From Phyllobates terribilis (lineage: Eukaryota): a stretch of DNA of 64,000 bases. The position numbers were made by a program, and so were the translations under genes. Positions 23,806 through 36,019 of this stretch are shown here, piece after piece. Where the stretch lies: NCBI RefSeq assembly GCF_046119375.1, contig NW_027362771.1, forward strand, positions 378,448,001 to 378,512,000, in the 5' to 3' direction. The notes under the pieces are model-generated. The model saw only the letters and a program-made list of their open reading frames with translations, did not search any database and was not told the origin of the DNA. Position 1 is the stretch's first letter. Every line of letters starts with the position of its first letter.

Positions 23806-24183
23806 AGGGTTTGTCCAGCCTTAAACTACAAGTTTGCTGTCACTCTATGTGACTGCAGACTTGTGAATCCTTACATTGCACGCACTGTGAAGATTCTCCG
23901 GTGCCGAAACCAGGAGCAACGGGCACGTAACTGCTGGTATGTGATTTGCATTTATGTGGTAACATTCTGAATAAGATCGACGCGGCCTCACTTAATGCAA
24001 GTGTATTGAGAGAGGCCAGATACAGTCTAGTAGGAATGTGGCCGCAAGTATGAAAATCGCATACTTGAGGTCTCATGACTGCCCACTCCCAGAACCGGAG
24101 AATCCTCACAGTGATCAGTTCACTTGATGTGAGGATTCACAAGTTTGCAGTCACATAGAGTGCCGACTTGAAGCCTAACCCCT
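23806..24183. mobile_element. T2/Kolobok-type MITE
   Basis: TTAA|AGGGTTTG...AACCCCT|TTAT; long inverted arms (CACTCTATGTGACTGCAGACTTGTGAATCC vs GGATTCACAAGTTTGCAGTCACATAGAGTG). Confidence 0.75.
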
Positions 24184-24299
24184 TTATAGACAGCTGTCCA
24201 GACCTATTTGGCTGCTGCCTAGCCGTTCAGCATTTATGTAACTCATAATCATACAGTAAATTCTCTCTAATAGATTTCTTAATGCATGTTTAAAAATTA

Positions 24300-24488
<189 letters not shown>

Positions 24489-25734
24489 TTATTTTATATT
24501 ACATACTTTGTACTGTTGAGGGGTAAGTTCCCCAAAATGCCTGTCTCTATATGAATTTTTAGTTTGGCTAATATCTTTGGTCATATTGCAAGTCTCATTA
24601 ATGGGGCTGGGCAATGACCAATATGGCAGCTCTAGCTACCTTCAATAAGGAGACTCTATAGACATAGTTTTGTGTACTTTTTACCATTGCGCAATGCCTG
24701 TAATGAGAACCAGTCTGGTCACAATAAATACATCATATTATATATAATGTGGTTTCTGAATAACTTAAGCCCCATTCATACATCAATTATTATCCTTTTA
24801 CGCAAAGAAAAAGGGTACGAATTTCATCAGTGTGCTGGTTCCGATTTAAATAAGTGTTTAATCAATTATTCGGTTTTTACCATCATTTTCATCTGTGATT
24901 TTCTCATATGAAAAAAAAAAAAAAAGTTGCAAAGAATATCCTATTTATTGCAACTGTGTACAGTCCATGATTTTCATGAACTAATAGACTTACATTGGCC
25001 GGTTTTATCTTTTATCTGTCACTCGTATTAAAAATGGACTGTTTTATTTTTTTGAGAACTACTCAATGTGCGAAAAAACACCAACATGTGAATAGACACA
25101 TAGCACACATACCCATAATAGTCTATCTATGAAGAACATGTAAAATGAAACATGAAAAACAGGCGTCTGATTAAGGTCTAAGGCTATATTGATTAATTAA
25201 AAATATAAACAGTCAAAACAGCTATTTTATCCATTGTATGGAACAACATTTTCTCACCTAGTAATCTAAAAATGCCAAGTGATTTTGAGTCTAAGGTGCC
25301 TCAATCAATGTCAACTAAACATTCATTTCTCTTGACCTCCATCTCCCTCCCAAATGCTGATGTAAGCTCGTTGTGCCACATGTGCATGTATTTTAAATGA
25401 GGAAAAGGGAATAAAGGTTCATTCACACTGTGCGATATGCAGAGTTAAACGACAAACATGTTTACATAGGCCAACCATGCTTCAGATATGCACTGAACAA
25501 TCAGTAATAGATGGTCCAGTACACATACGTACAGTAGGCTTGCATTGTTCTCGGAAGCACAAGTCCTGTTTACGCAGGACAATACGCTGCCGAGAATGAT
25601 GACCTTCTGTACAAATCAAAAGATAATTTCTCCCAACTAAGCATTTTGCTCATTCATCAAGTGATTTGTAGCCTGTTTAGTCTGTACAATTATTGTGGAC
25701 GAGCATTCCAATGAATGGTAAACATGCACCTAAA

Positions 25735-26661
25735 GGCTGCATGCCCACTATGTGTTTTTCAAGAGTTTTTGCCGTGGAATTTCCGCAGCAAAAACGCTTA
25801 AAAAACGCTTGGTAATACGTGCCCCATGGTCCCCAATGATAATCCGCATGTGCTGTGCACATGCTGAGGACATTTCCGCTGCGGATTATCATTGCGGAAA
25901 AATACGCAGCATGCCCATTATTTTGCGGACACGCAGCGTAACTGCTGCCATTGACTTGCATTGAATCGCATAATATCCGCATGAGCACATGTGCACATGC
26001 GGATATTAAGCGATTCAATGTGCGGATGGTACCCGGGTCTGGAGAAGAGGAGGCTCTCCTCCAGACTCGGGTACCACAGAACCTGTTAAAAAAAGAATTT
26101 AAAATAAAAAATAAAGATTATACTTACTTTCCGATGGCTCCCGGTGTTTTCTCCGCTACATCTGGTCTCTGGTACGGCTCGCGATGGTCTAAAAGGACCT
26201 GCGGTGACGTCATTTAGTCATGTGACAGCTCACGCCGGCAGTCGCGTGACCTGTCACATGAATAAATGATGTCATGAAAGGTCCTTTCACACCACCATGA
26301 GCCATACAACAGACCGGACGCAGCGGAGAATACACCAGGGGCCATCGAAAGGTAAGTATAATCTTTATTTTTTATTTTTTACCATTTTTTTTTTTTTTTA
26401 ACTATTAACTTGGTCACACTATATAAATCCAGGCCAGTTTCATGGATTTATAGAGTATGATCAAGTTGTCAAGCACTTTTCCAAGTGATGCTAAAATCGC
26501 TTGGAAAAGCGATTGATAACCCGCATGCAGAAATGTATGCAAAAACGCTTGACAAACGCTTCTACCTGGCAGGAAAAACGCATGCAAAATCTACATGCGT
26601 TTTTCCTGCCAGGGAGATGCGGAAAAGATCTGCAGCATTTCTGCATCGTGGGCACTTAGCC
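25735..26661. mobile_element. PIF/Harbinger-type MITE
   Basis: GGCTGCATGCCCAC...GTGGGCACTTAGCC|TAA; internal GCGG/CCGC palindromes; same family as 27062-27933. Confidence 0.65.
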
Positions 26662-26669
26662 TAAGCCAA

Positions 26670-26914
26670 TACCAATACCGTTTACATGGATTTATATAGT
26701 GTGACCAAGTTGTCAAGAACTTTCCAAGTGATGCTAAAATCGCTTGGAAAGTGCTTGTCAACCCGCATGCGGAAATGCATGTGAAGAACACTTCACTTAC
26801 GCTTGTCCCTGACAGGAAAAAGGCATGTACAATCCGCATGTGTTTTTTCTGCCAGGGAGATGCAGAAACGCTCAGGAAAAATCCGGAGCATTTCTGCATT
26901 GTAAGAGCATAGCC
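26670..26914. mobile_element. Partial third copy (right half) of the same MITE family
   Basis: ATGGATTTATATAGTGTGACCAAGTTGTCAAG..GCCAGGGAGATGCAGAAA..CATAGCC|TTA, repeating 26440-26661 and 27705-27933. Confidence 0.7.
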
Positions 26915-27061
26915 TTAAATGTTTGTTCCAATATGACAACTTTGCTAATCCCTGGAGCCCCACAACTGGAATAGGCAGCACTCGAGATTGTACATTGGTG
27001 TTCTATTTTAAGTTTATAGGGATGACAGACACAGCTGAGAGGTATACTGTTATCTGTATAA

Positions 27062-27933
27062 GGCTGTGTGCACACGATGCGTTTTTAATGCGCTTCCGCG
27101 GCGTTTTTGCAGCTGCGGAAACGCATTAAAAACGCATGGTAGAAGGGCAGCAATGTTCCGCAATGGAAATCCGCATGTGCTGTGCCCATGCTGCGGATTT
27201 TTCCGCAGTGTTTATGCTGCGCTCAAAAATCCGCAGCATGTCCATTAATTTTGCGGAAACGCGGCGTTTTCGCCGCCATTGAGTTGCATTAGAACACGCC
27301 AATACCGCAAGACTGCATTTGCACTTGCGTTATTGGCGTGTTTTAATGTGCGGATGGTACCCGGGTGTGGAGAAGATGAGACTCTCCTCCACACCCAGGT
27401 ACCATAAAAAAGCTGTAAAAACAAGAATAAAATAAAAAAAAAATGTATACTTACCTTCTGTCGGCCCGCACACCGCTCCTGCTTGGTTCCCGGCACTTTG
27501 CAGTGAGTTGAAGGACCTGCGCTAACGTCAGAGTCATGTGACGGGTCACATGCCGTTGACGTCGGCAGGTCTTTCAATTCACTGTTGCCGGCAAGGGAGA
27601 ACGGAGTGAGCGGGACACCGGGGGCTATCGGAGGGTAAGTATACATTTATTTTTTTATTTTTACCACTCTCTCGGGTCACACTATATAAATCCATGCTGT
27701 TTGCATGGATTTATATAGTGTGACCTAGTTGTCACAAGCACTTTCCAAGTGATGCTAATCGCTTGGGAAGCGCTTGTCAATCTGCATGCGGAAATGTCAG
27801 TGGGACCGCTTCATTTCCGCATGTCTCTGGCAGGAAAACGCATGTACAATCTGCATGCGTTTTTTTCTGCCAGGGAGATGCAGAAACGCTCAGGAAAAAA
27901 TCCTGAGCATTTCTGCATCGTGTGCACATAGCC
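27062..27933. mobile_element. PIF/Harbinger-type MITE with TAA TSD
   Basis: TAA|GGCTGTGTGCACACGATGC ... GCATCGTGTGCACATAGCC|TAA (18/19 TIR). Confidence 0.85.
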
Positions 27934-28479
27934 TAAAGCCCATAGATCTTGAGTGGAACATTAGTGTACGTGCTCAACCACTGCTCTATTTAAAAGATGT
28001 ATTTTTATTGAAGCATACACTAAAGCATACACTAAAGATCAAATATGGCCAGCTATTCGCATCTATATTCTCACTGCAATACTTGGACTTAGGGTTTCTG
28101 AGTATGGCACTCATAATATGGCTGGAAAAAATTAGCTTGCATTAAAGCTGTCTGCAATTCCCAGTCACTAACCTAGTACATCTGCCCTATGAAAATACCA
28201 TTTCGGCAAATTGCAATGAAATACTGTGTTAATCCAATTTTACGGTGCTGTACCTATAGCATATCTCAATATGCAACACATTACATTATTACGGAGTTGT
28301 TCAATTTTCCCTAGAAATATCATAAATAGGACATTACTTTATGTCTGTATGTTGCTTAATGCAGAAACACAATACTGATCTATCATTTAATTATTGACTA
28401 ATTTGAGCAAAGGAATCGCTCAGGGATTCATGAAAAGCTTTAAATTGGTTTCCTTTCTAATCTATATCTTTAATTATCA

Positions 28480-28677
<198 letters not shown>

Positions 28678-29447
28678 CTAGAGATGAAAGAATATATTCG
28701 AGTGAAATTGAATTCTACTCGATTATTAAAAAAGCTGCTTTCACCAAAATGTGGATTTTTTTATAATTTGCTTCCGCTCAGATGCAGCGAAATGCTGAGC
28801 AGTGGCCACCATTTTACTGAACAGCAATAACCCATCAAAATGTTAAAAAAAATACTTATTCTCACCCTACCACGCACCTCTCTGGTTCGTCCGCTCCTCA
28901 GGTCATCTAACCGGTCCTCGTCGTTTCTTCTCATCACCGCTGTGACCACTAAATTCTCGGGCCTGGGACATTTCATCCCATGCACGCGTAAGGTCAAGGC
29001 ACACGCCGTGACGTTATGAAGTTGTGACCTTATACACACGTGCGCAGAACTGTCCCAGGTCGTATCAGAGCTGGAAATCCTGGCCTAGCATTAAGAGGCC
29101 CGGGGGCATTCATGCTCGTGAAAGTGATAAGAAGATACAACGAGGATTGGACGTGTAACATATAGAAAATGGGTGCACAGCCTATATATAACCACAAGGT
29201 GCGGCATCATGTATCAATAATAGACAACATGGAGAAGAGAAAAGAAACACAATATTGAGGCACACATCTAAACTCTACCAAAACTTTATTGAAGTACAAT
29301 CAATTAAAAACTATAAAAATGCAAGTACAAAACTTGAAACACATCTATTAAGATGCAAATAATGGGCCAATTTGTCACGGTCAAAATTGTATAAACTGCG
29401 TGATGCAGTATTGTGGTCTGATGTAACCACCTCTAGCAAGAATGTAT

Positions 29448-29650
29448 GGCCACGGCCCTACTATCAGTATTTGGTCAGTATTTTTTCTCAGGAGTGGGAG
29501 CCAAAACCAGGAGTGGAACAATCAGAGAAAAGGTATAATAGAAACAAGTCACCAATTCTGCATTTATCACCCACTCCTAGTTTTGGTTCCCACTCCTGAT
29601 AAAAAATACTTACCGAATACTGACCAAATATTGAAAGTGGGGCCTTGGCC
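29448..29650. mobile_element. Palindromic MITE (Harbinger-like)
   Basis: GGCCACGGCCC..CAGTATTTGGTCAGTATT vs AATACTGACCAAATATTG..GGGGCCTTGGCC; GGAGTGGGAGCCAAAAC vs GTTTTGGTTCCCACTCC. Confidence 0.75.
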
Positions 29651-30124
29651 CATGAGATATACACAAAAAAGGCACACACTCTGCACTAATTGCAAACAGT
29701 ATAGTATATTATCCTGGCAATAATAGATGTCATAGTTATTACATGCAAAACCAATCGACTATAGCAAACAGTATGCAATATGTACAATAATGGTGAAATC
29801 GGAATAGTACATCGATAGTAAGAGGAGGCTGTAACTGAATATACAATATAATGAAAGAGATCATGAAGTTCAATCTCTTACAATATTAAGAGCAATAATA
29901 ATATAAAATTGTCAAATATATTAATGAAGTATTGTATTGCCCCCCCCATATGCAAAAAAGCCCACAATAAGTGTGTTAAATAGCCCATAGGTCTGCTATA
30001 GCAATAAAGGCTGAGTGGGTATAATGCATTGTGCTAGGTGAGGTGCCCTATACCAGCATTAGGTAATCAAAACAACAAGCTAGGAGGAAAACCATATCAC
30101 CCATGAAGTCTCGTGACTCGGGTA

Positions 30125-30180
30125 ACCCAGACACCCCACGCGTATCGCTGCATTATTGCAGCTTCATCAGGGAAAGTTCA
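30125..30180 (-). ncRNA. Degenerate minimal type I hammerhead ribozyme motif (Penelope-type)
   Basis: rc: CC-CTGATGA-A-GCTGCA-ATAA-TGCAGC-GATA-CGCGT-GGGG. Core box, 6-bp stem II and palindromic ACGCGT stem III are present, but GAAA is GATA and the cleavage-site base is G. Confidence 0.6.
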
Positions 30181-31682
30181 TAGGTAAGTGGGGCAAGCAC
30201 AGAGTATATATACAATACTAATTTAGATTAATACCTAGTGGTTGTGAATCTAATGAGGGAGAGTGAGGTACCTGTGGACTAATCGTATATGGAAATAATG
30301 GTGTTATATAAGTGAGTAAAATAAATAAATAATATCGCGACTGAGGGACCGGCTGTCAACAGTGACGTGATGATAACACGCAGCCAGATCTTAGCAATGC
30401 CAGCACGTCCCTCCGAATATGGGACGTGCTTAGGCAAATCCCGGCTGCATACAAAAATCGGGCTTTATGCCTGTGAAGTGTGATGCTAACTTCAGGCTCA
30501 GAGGTGTGACTATGAGGAGCTGAGGTGAATATAAGTATATTTTTAATTATTTTTGCTTTACATCTTACTGTTATTATGCTCTGGGTCTAGATATCTAATA
30601 AGGGACAATCAATTTGTGGAGAATAACTTCTTGTCAAATCGAAATTCCTAGAAAAATTTGCGCAAACAGGCAAATTTTAATTTTGCCTTATCCGCTGATC
30701 TCTAAACGATATCCAAGTGGTACTTTACACTTAGAAACAGAAATAAAATATGAGGATCAGCATAAAATTGCATAAAAAAACTGTGTATATCGAAGTGCAT
30801 AATACAATAACTACTAATACTTTCTTCAAGGCTTCTGAGATGACAGATATTTACCACAGAGCCTTCCTCTCGTAAGATGTGATGAGTGGTGTCATGAGAC
30901 AGCTGCTTTACTACAGTTTGCCTGTCGGTGACAGATCGCCTGTCAGTTTTATCTTTGATGGAATGACTGCACACAATTAGAAGACACTGATTCCAATAAA
31001 ACACACTTTATACTCGTCTAAATGTTCTTTTTACATGCGGAAGGCACTAGCAAGCATTCATGACCATTTAACCCTCAAACCACTACTAATTTTGGTAAAA
31101 TCATCACTACATCAATGTAGAAAAAGCATTGTCACGGGGACAGTTGGGATGTAACCGGTGAGAAAAGTGGTGTTTTCACACTCGCAAAACATTTTTTTAA
31201 ACTACTGAACCTCTTTAAAGGGAATTTGTCAGGTGATTTTTTCATAGCATACTAATTGTATCCTGAAAGAGGAGCTTACAGCGCTGCCTTCATCATCACC
31301 TCTGTTGGGGGGTCCCAGTGGCTGGAGGGTCTTGTGGACATCTGCTGTGGGTGAGTTACTTATATGACGCTACCTTGACAATGTCCTGTGTAAATAATTG
31401 ATGTGCTGACGAAAACATGGAAAACATGATATTTTATTAATCGGAATGGTCTTATAAATAATCATTCTGTGTGCATAGTATTGTGGCTGGCCTTTCTAAC
31501 CAGGCCATTTAGCAATGCCGATCAGCTTGCACATGGCTGTTAGGTGGTTGTTTAACAGCCACGATCGTGCTGAGTACAGTATCTCCTATTGCAGAACAGT
31601 GATAAGGGGTCCAGGCAGCAATGGACCCTTAGTAGGAGAGTAATCAGTGTACAACAGTTCAATCAGTTTCATAGATCATTAA

Positions 31683-31983
31683 AGGGGTTGTCCACTACTC
31701 GGACAACCCCATCTCAATCGGCATGTTTGCCCCCCAGTAAAATAACATTTATACTCACCTTTGGTGCCAGCGTTGTTCCAGCGGTGTCGGCACTCGCTCT
31801 CCTCTCCCGGGGAACACATCACATTGTTATGTCACGCGATTCCTGTGGCCAATCAGCACTGCCTTCACGCTGCCCACCTTCGGACAAATCAGACATCAAT
31901 AGGAAGTGAGCGTCATCCTCAGCTCTCACTTCCTCTTGATGTCTGATTTGCAGGGATTGCGTGACATAACAATGTCACGTGAT
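31683..31983. mobile_element. T2/Kolobok-type MITE, right end lost
   Basis: TTAA|AGGGGTTGTCCACTAC; centre palindrome ATCAGACATCAATAGGAAGTGAG..CTCACTTCCTCTTGATGTCTGAT; right arm stops at the CR1 junction. Confidence 0.7.
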
Positions 31984-32390
31984 CATACCATTCTTATTGA
32001 AAAAGTGACCAACCATGGAATGGACAAGGCAACTGTTAGGTGGATTCATAACTGGCTTAGTGATCGAACCCAAAGAGTGGTCATAAATGGTTGCACATCC
32101 AGTTTGAAGAATTTCTCAAGTGGGGTACCACAATGCTCTGTCCTGGGCCCTGTGTTGCTCAACATGTTTATCAACAATTTAGATGAAGGGATTGAGGGTA
32201 AGCTGATTAAATTTGCTCATGACACAAAGCTAGGAGGGATAGCTAATACTAGAGAAGAGAGAGAGAGGATTCAAAAAAATCTAAACAAACTGGAACTGTG
32301 GGCAGCAACAAAAGAATGTTTTTTTTAACAAGGAGAAATGGAAAGTCCTACACCTGGGCAAGAAAAATTAAAAAAACATATACAGAATGT
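31984..32390 (+). mobile_element. CR1 LINE RT fragment (inverted relative to the adjacent CR1)
   Basis: HTILIEK..WIHNWLSDRTQRVVING..SGVPQCSVLGPVLLNMFINNL..KFAHDTKLGG..KVLHLG. Confidence 0.92.
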
Positions 32391-32394
32391 TTTA

Positions 32395-34450
32395 ATATGA
32401 TCACTTAGCTAGTTATGAATCCACCTAACTATAGCCTTGTTAATCCCATACTTGGTCAGTTTTTCAATAAGGATAGTATGAGATATTTTATCAAATGCTT
32501 TGCTGAAGTCGAGATATATCTACTGCATTTCCCTGATCCATCCCGTCATTGATTCCATCATAGAAGGAAATTAGATTAGTCTGGCATAACATGTTTGCTA
32601 CTACAAACCCATGCAGACTCTGGTTAATTATTGCACTCTTATCCAAGTACTTACATACATGCTGTTTAATAATTTGCTCAAAGATATTTCTTGGTATAGA
32701 AGTAAGGCTCACTGGCCTGTAATTTCCTGGCTCCATCTTCTTTCCTTTTTTGAAGATAGGGACATTTGCCCTTCTCCAATCAATCTTCTGGGACTTATCC
32801 TGTTCTCCAGGATTTTTCAAAGATTCTGGCTAGTGGTTCAGCAATTTCCTCTACTATCTCTTTCAGTACACTAGGTTGTAATTTATCTGGACCAGGTGAT
32901 TTAAATTCATTTAAATTAGCTATGTGTTCCCTCACTATCTCTCTGTTTATAGATAATGTGGATTATTTTATTCCTTCGATAGCACTGTGAAGATCAGTTG
33001 ATGTTACAATTCCTTTCTTAGAGAACACAGATGCAAAATAGGAATTTAAAAGTTTGGCCTTCTCAACATCATTTTTGACCACTTCTCCCTTTTCATCCTG
33101 TAAAAATCCAATGATCTTTGACTTTTCTTTTGCTTTTGACATACCCTCAAAATCCTTTTTTATTTCTTTTGGTCTCCCTTGCAAGCCTCACTTCATTACT
33201 GGTTTTGGCCATTCATTCCATGCAGACAGCATTATATTCTTCTTTAGATATGTCCCCCTCTTTCCATTTAATATACATTTCTTTTGACCTTTTTAACAAG
33301 TGTTGATTTTTTGTATTCATCAATCTTTGTCTCTTAAAATGCTTCCAATTCTTCCTTCTTTTTGGGATTGTTACTGATTGTGCAGTGAGAATTAAATTTA
33401 GGAAAATCTCCCAACCTTCTTGGACATTTCTTTCCTTTCGAACATCCAGTCATTGGACCTTTTGTAGCTCCTGAGTCCATTAAAATCGGCCTTTCTGAAG
33501 TCCAACCTTAAAGTCTGAGTCCTCGTTGGTCATCCTCCTTTTGTAATCCAAAATTCGAGGATAGCATGATCTCTGCCTGTTAAATTCCCAGCCACTTTTA
33601 ATTCCTCAACCATTTCCTTCTTGTTGATAAGAATTAGGTCTAAGATGGCAGATCCTATTGTTCCCTCTTCTACCTTTTGAAAGATAAAGTTGTCAGCAAG
33701 AGACGATAAGAATTTTCTGGACCCATTACTTTTGCCTGAGAGAGATTCCCAACAAATAACTGGATGGTTAAAATCTCCCATGATCACTATGTCATGCTTT
33801 TTTGAGAACAGAGACATCTGATCTAAAAAGAGTTCTCCATATCTTCAGTCTAGGTGGCCTATAGTAAACACCTACAATAGTTTCCTGTTCTTCTCTTTTT
33901 GTATTCTGTTCTTCTCTCCTTGTATTCTTACTCAAACAGCGGCTTATGTTCTTCTTAGTAGGGAATCCCTCACAACCACCACTCTCCTTTTCTTATTCAC
34001 CACAGCGCTTCTTTTTTTCCCTTCAAGAGGCTTCTGATTTCTTTCTGGAGTGTTTTTTTTTGTGGGCAAAGCACTTTTTTAATGTACGTCTTTATAGTTG
34101 TCCTGCGTGAGAGCCCAGTAGCGGTTCTTCAACGGTATGGGTGCTGACTGCCTCCTCATCCTCCTGCTTCTTTGGGTCACATGCTTCCGTTTTTCTTCTT
34201 CTACTGGTACATTGAATGGTGCTTCTCTTCGAACATTCTGAATAGATATTTCTACTCTGTCTTTAGCTTCTGCAGGAATGCTGAAAAGTTCTTCTCTTGC
34301 AACATTCTGAAGAGATTCTTCTGCTCTGTCCAGGAAATCTTCATCTTCTTTGATGAGCTTCAGTGTAGCTATTCTCTCCTGAAGACTTCATACCTTTTCC
34401 ACTAACAGAGTCACAAGTTGCATTTCTGGCATGTAAAGTTTGCCTTTTTC
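32395..34450 (-). mobile_element. CR1 LINE, ORF1 remnant plus endonuclease and RT N-half, with deletions
   Basis: CQKCNLV..LQERIATL..PLKNRY (ORF1); VIMGDFNHP..ILDLIL..DHAILEF (APE); DWRRANVPIFKKG..NYRPVSLTS..CQTNLISFYD (RT). Confidence 0.9.
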
Positions 34451-36019
34451 TTCTTCTTTTATTAGAAATTCTCTACATTCTCAAGAACAGATGGATTTTT
34501 AACTCTATTGTTTTTTGCAATTTCTTTTCTTTTTTAAAATATATTTTGTGTTGATTTTGTGCATAAAGTAAACAAAAAAACAAATAAGATAAAAATTATA
34601 TCTTTACATTGTAGATAGCATTTTAATGCATGCATGCAGGTGTGTTGGTATACATTTTCATGGTTGATTTTGGTCTTAACAATTAGCTTAACTCTTAGTT
34701 GTTGTAAAACCGATTGCTGTTCTGTGAAAACAGTTTCCTGCTTTTTCTTTCAAATGATTTATGTTAGGGCAGAAATTAATCTGGTATTGTCATAGAGTTG
34801 AAATCTGTAGACATCTACCATTAGTTTGTCCAGAGTGCCTTTTCGTTTCTCCGTATGATACCATGTGGACGTAATGAATGCTGTAACTATCTGAGATATT
34901 TTTTCTGAATTACAGTATTTCAAAATAAATTGTTTCCATTTTTTAAATATTTACTTGTCCGCTCTTTTTCTCAGCATCAAGCCTTTCCACATATAGTAAA
35001 TGATTCAGTTTGGCTATGAGTTCCTGTAGTGTTGGAACAGATGGTTTCAGACAATATTTGAGCAGCAACCTCTTAGCAAGCAATATTATTACATGAAGGG
35101 GTTGGGGAGGGGATGGAAGGTTTAGTACTCCATCGTTTTCCCTCGTCCAATAATATCAGAGTGGGAGAGGGATGTAGTTTAAATTCACAAATATTTTCAA
35201 TGCAACTAATAATTCCCAGAATTTTTTGTAAGTATGTACAAGCCCAAATACCATGTAAAAGATCTCGTTTGAGGGGTGTGCTTGGAAGACCAAAAGCATA
35301 AATAGCTCTATGTATAATTTTAAATTGAATTTCTCTTCATAGTGCATTCAGGATGATTTTGCATATTTTGAGCCACCGTCCTCTTATTTTAGACCCTATG
35401 TCCTGGTCATTAAGTTGTTTCACCCAATGGTTAAAAAAAGTCTTATGGTGGATATCCAACAACTCATCCCTCATTCAGCCATATAAGGAGGAACTAGAGG
35501 ACGAGTCAATGAAAGCCCTTAAAAAGCAGTCAAATATGTCATACGAGTTTTCTTGAGTGATATTGTCTAGCTGGTTCATAAAAATATGTTTAATCGGTTC
35601 GAATTGGATTATTTGATTAGATCTTAGAAGGAATTTTCTAATTAGTTCCTCCCTTTTCAGGTATCTCAGCTCTGAAGGATGTAGTAGATGGGAGATATTT
35701 TGTATGCCTTTCCTCCTCCACTGCTCAAATAGTTTGTTCTCCATTCCCTGTAAAAATTCTACATTATTCTAAAGAGGAAATATTTGGAGATTCTGTGTGA
35801 TAATTTGTACATTTTCCTGACTTACTTCCATGTTACTATGGTATCCCTGAACAGTGAGGAATGTCTGATCTGGGAGGGCAACATAGATTGCCTTGAGTGG
35901 AGTAGAACTTAAGTTTAGGGCAAAGCATAACCTTTTTCCAATGGATCTGCTGAGTGTTGACTAGAGCCATGGATCCAATCCATTAGGTGTCTAGAGAGGC
36001 AGGCTATATTATAACCTCA

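Larger units (their letters stand above)
28679..30704. mobile_element. Old non-autonomous hAT-type element with nested inserts
   Basis: Ends TAGAGATGAAAG / rc TAGAGATCAGCG; flanks AATCATAC vs AACGATAT (5/8, possibly a decayed TSD). Confidence 0.55.

Noticed and set aside
31984-34450. Twin-priming origin of the CR1 inversion
   Set aside because: Twin priming yields divergent segments; these converge and overlap by ~90 diverged nt.
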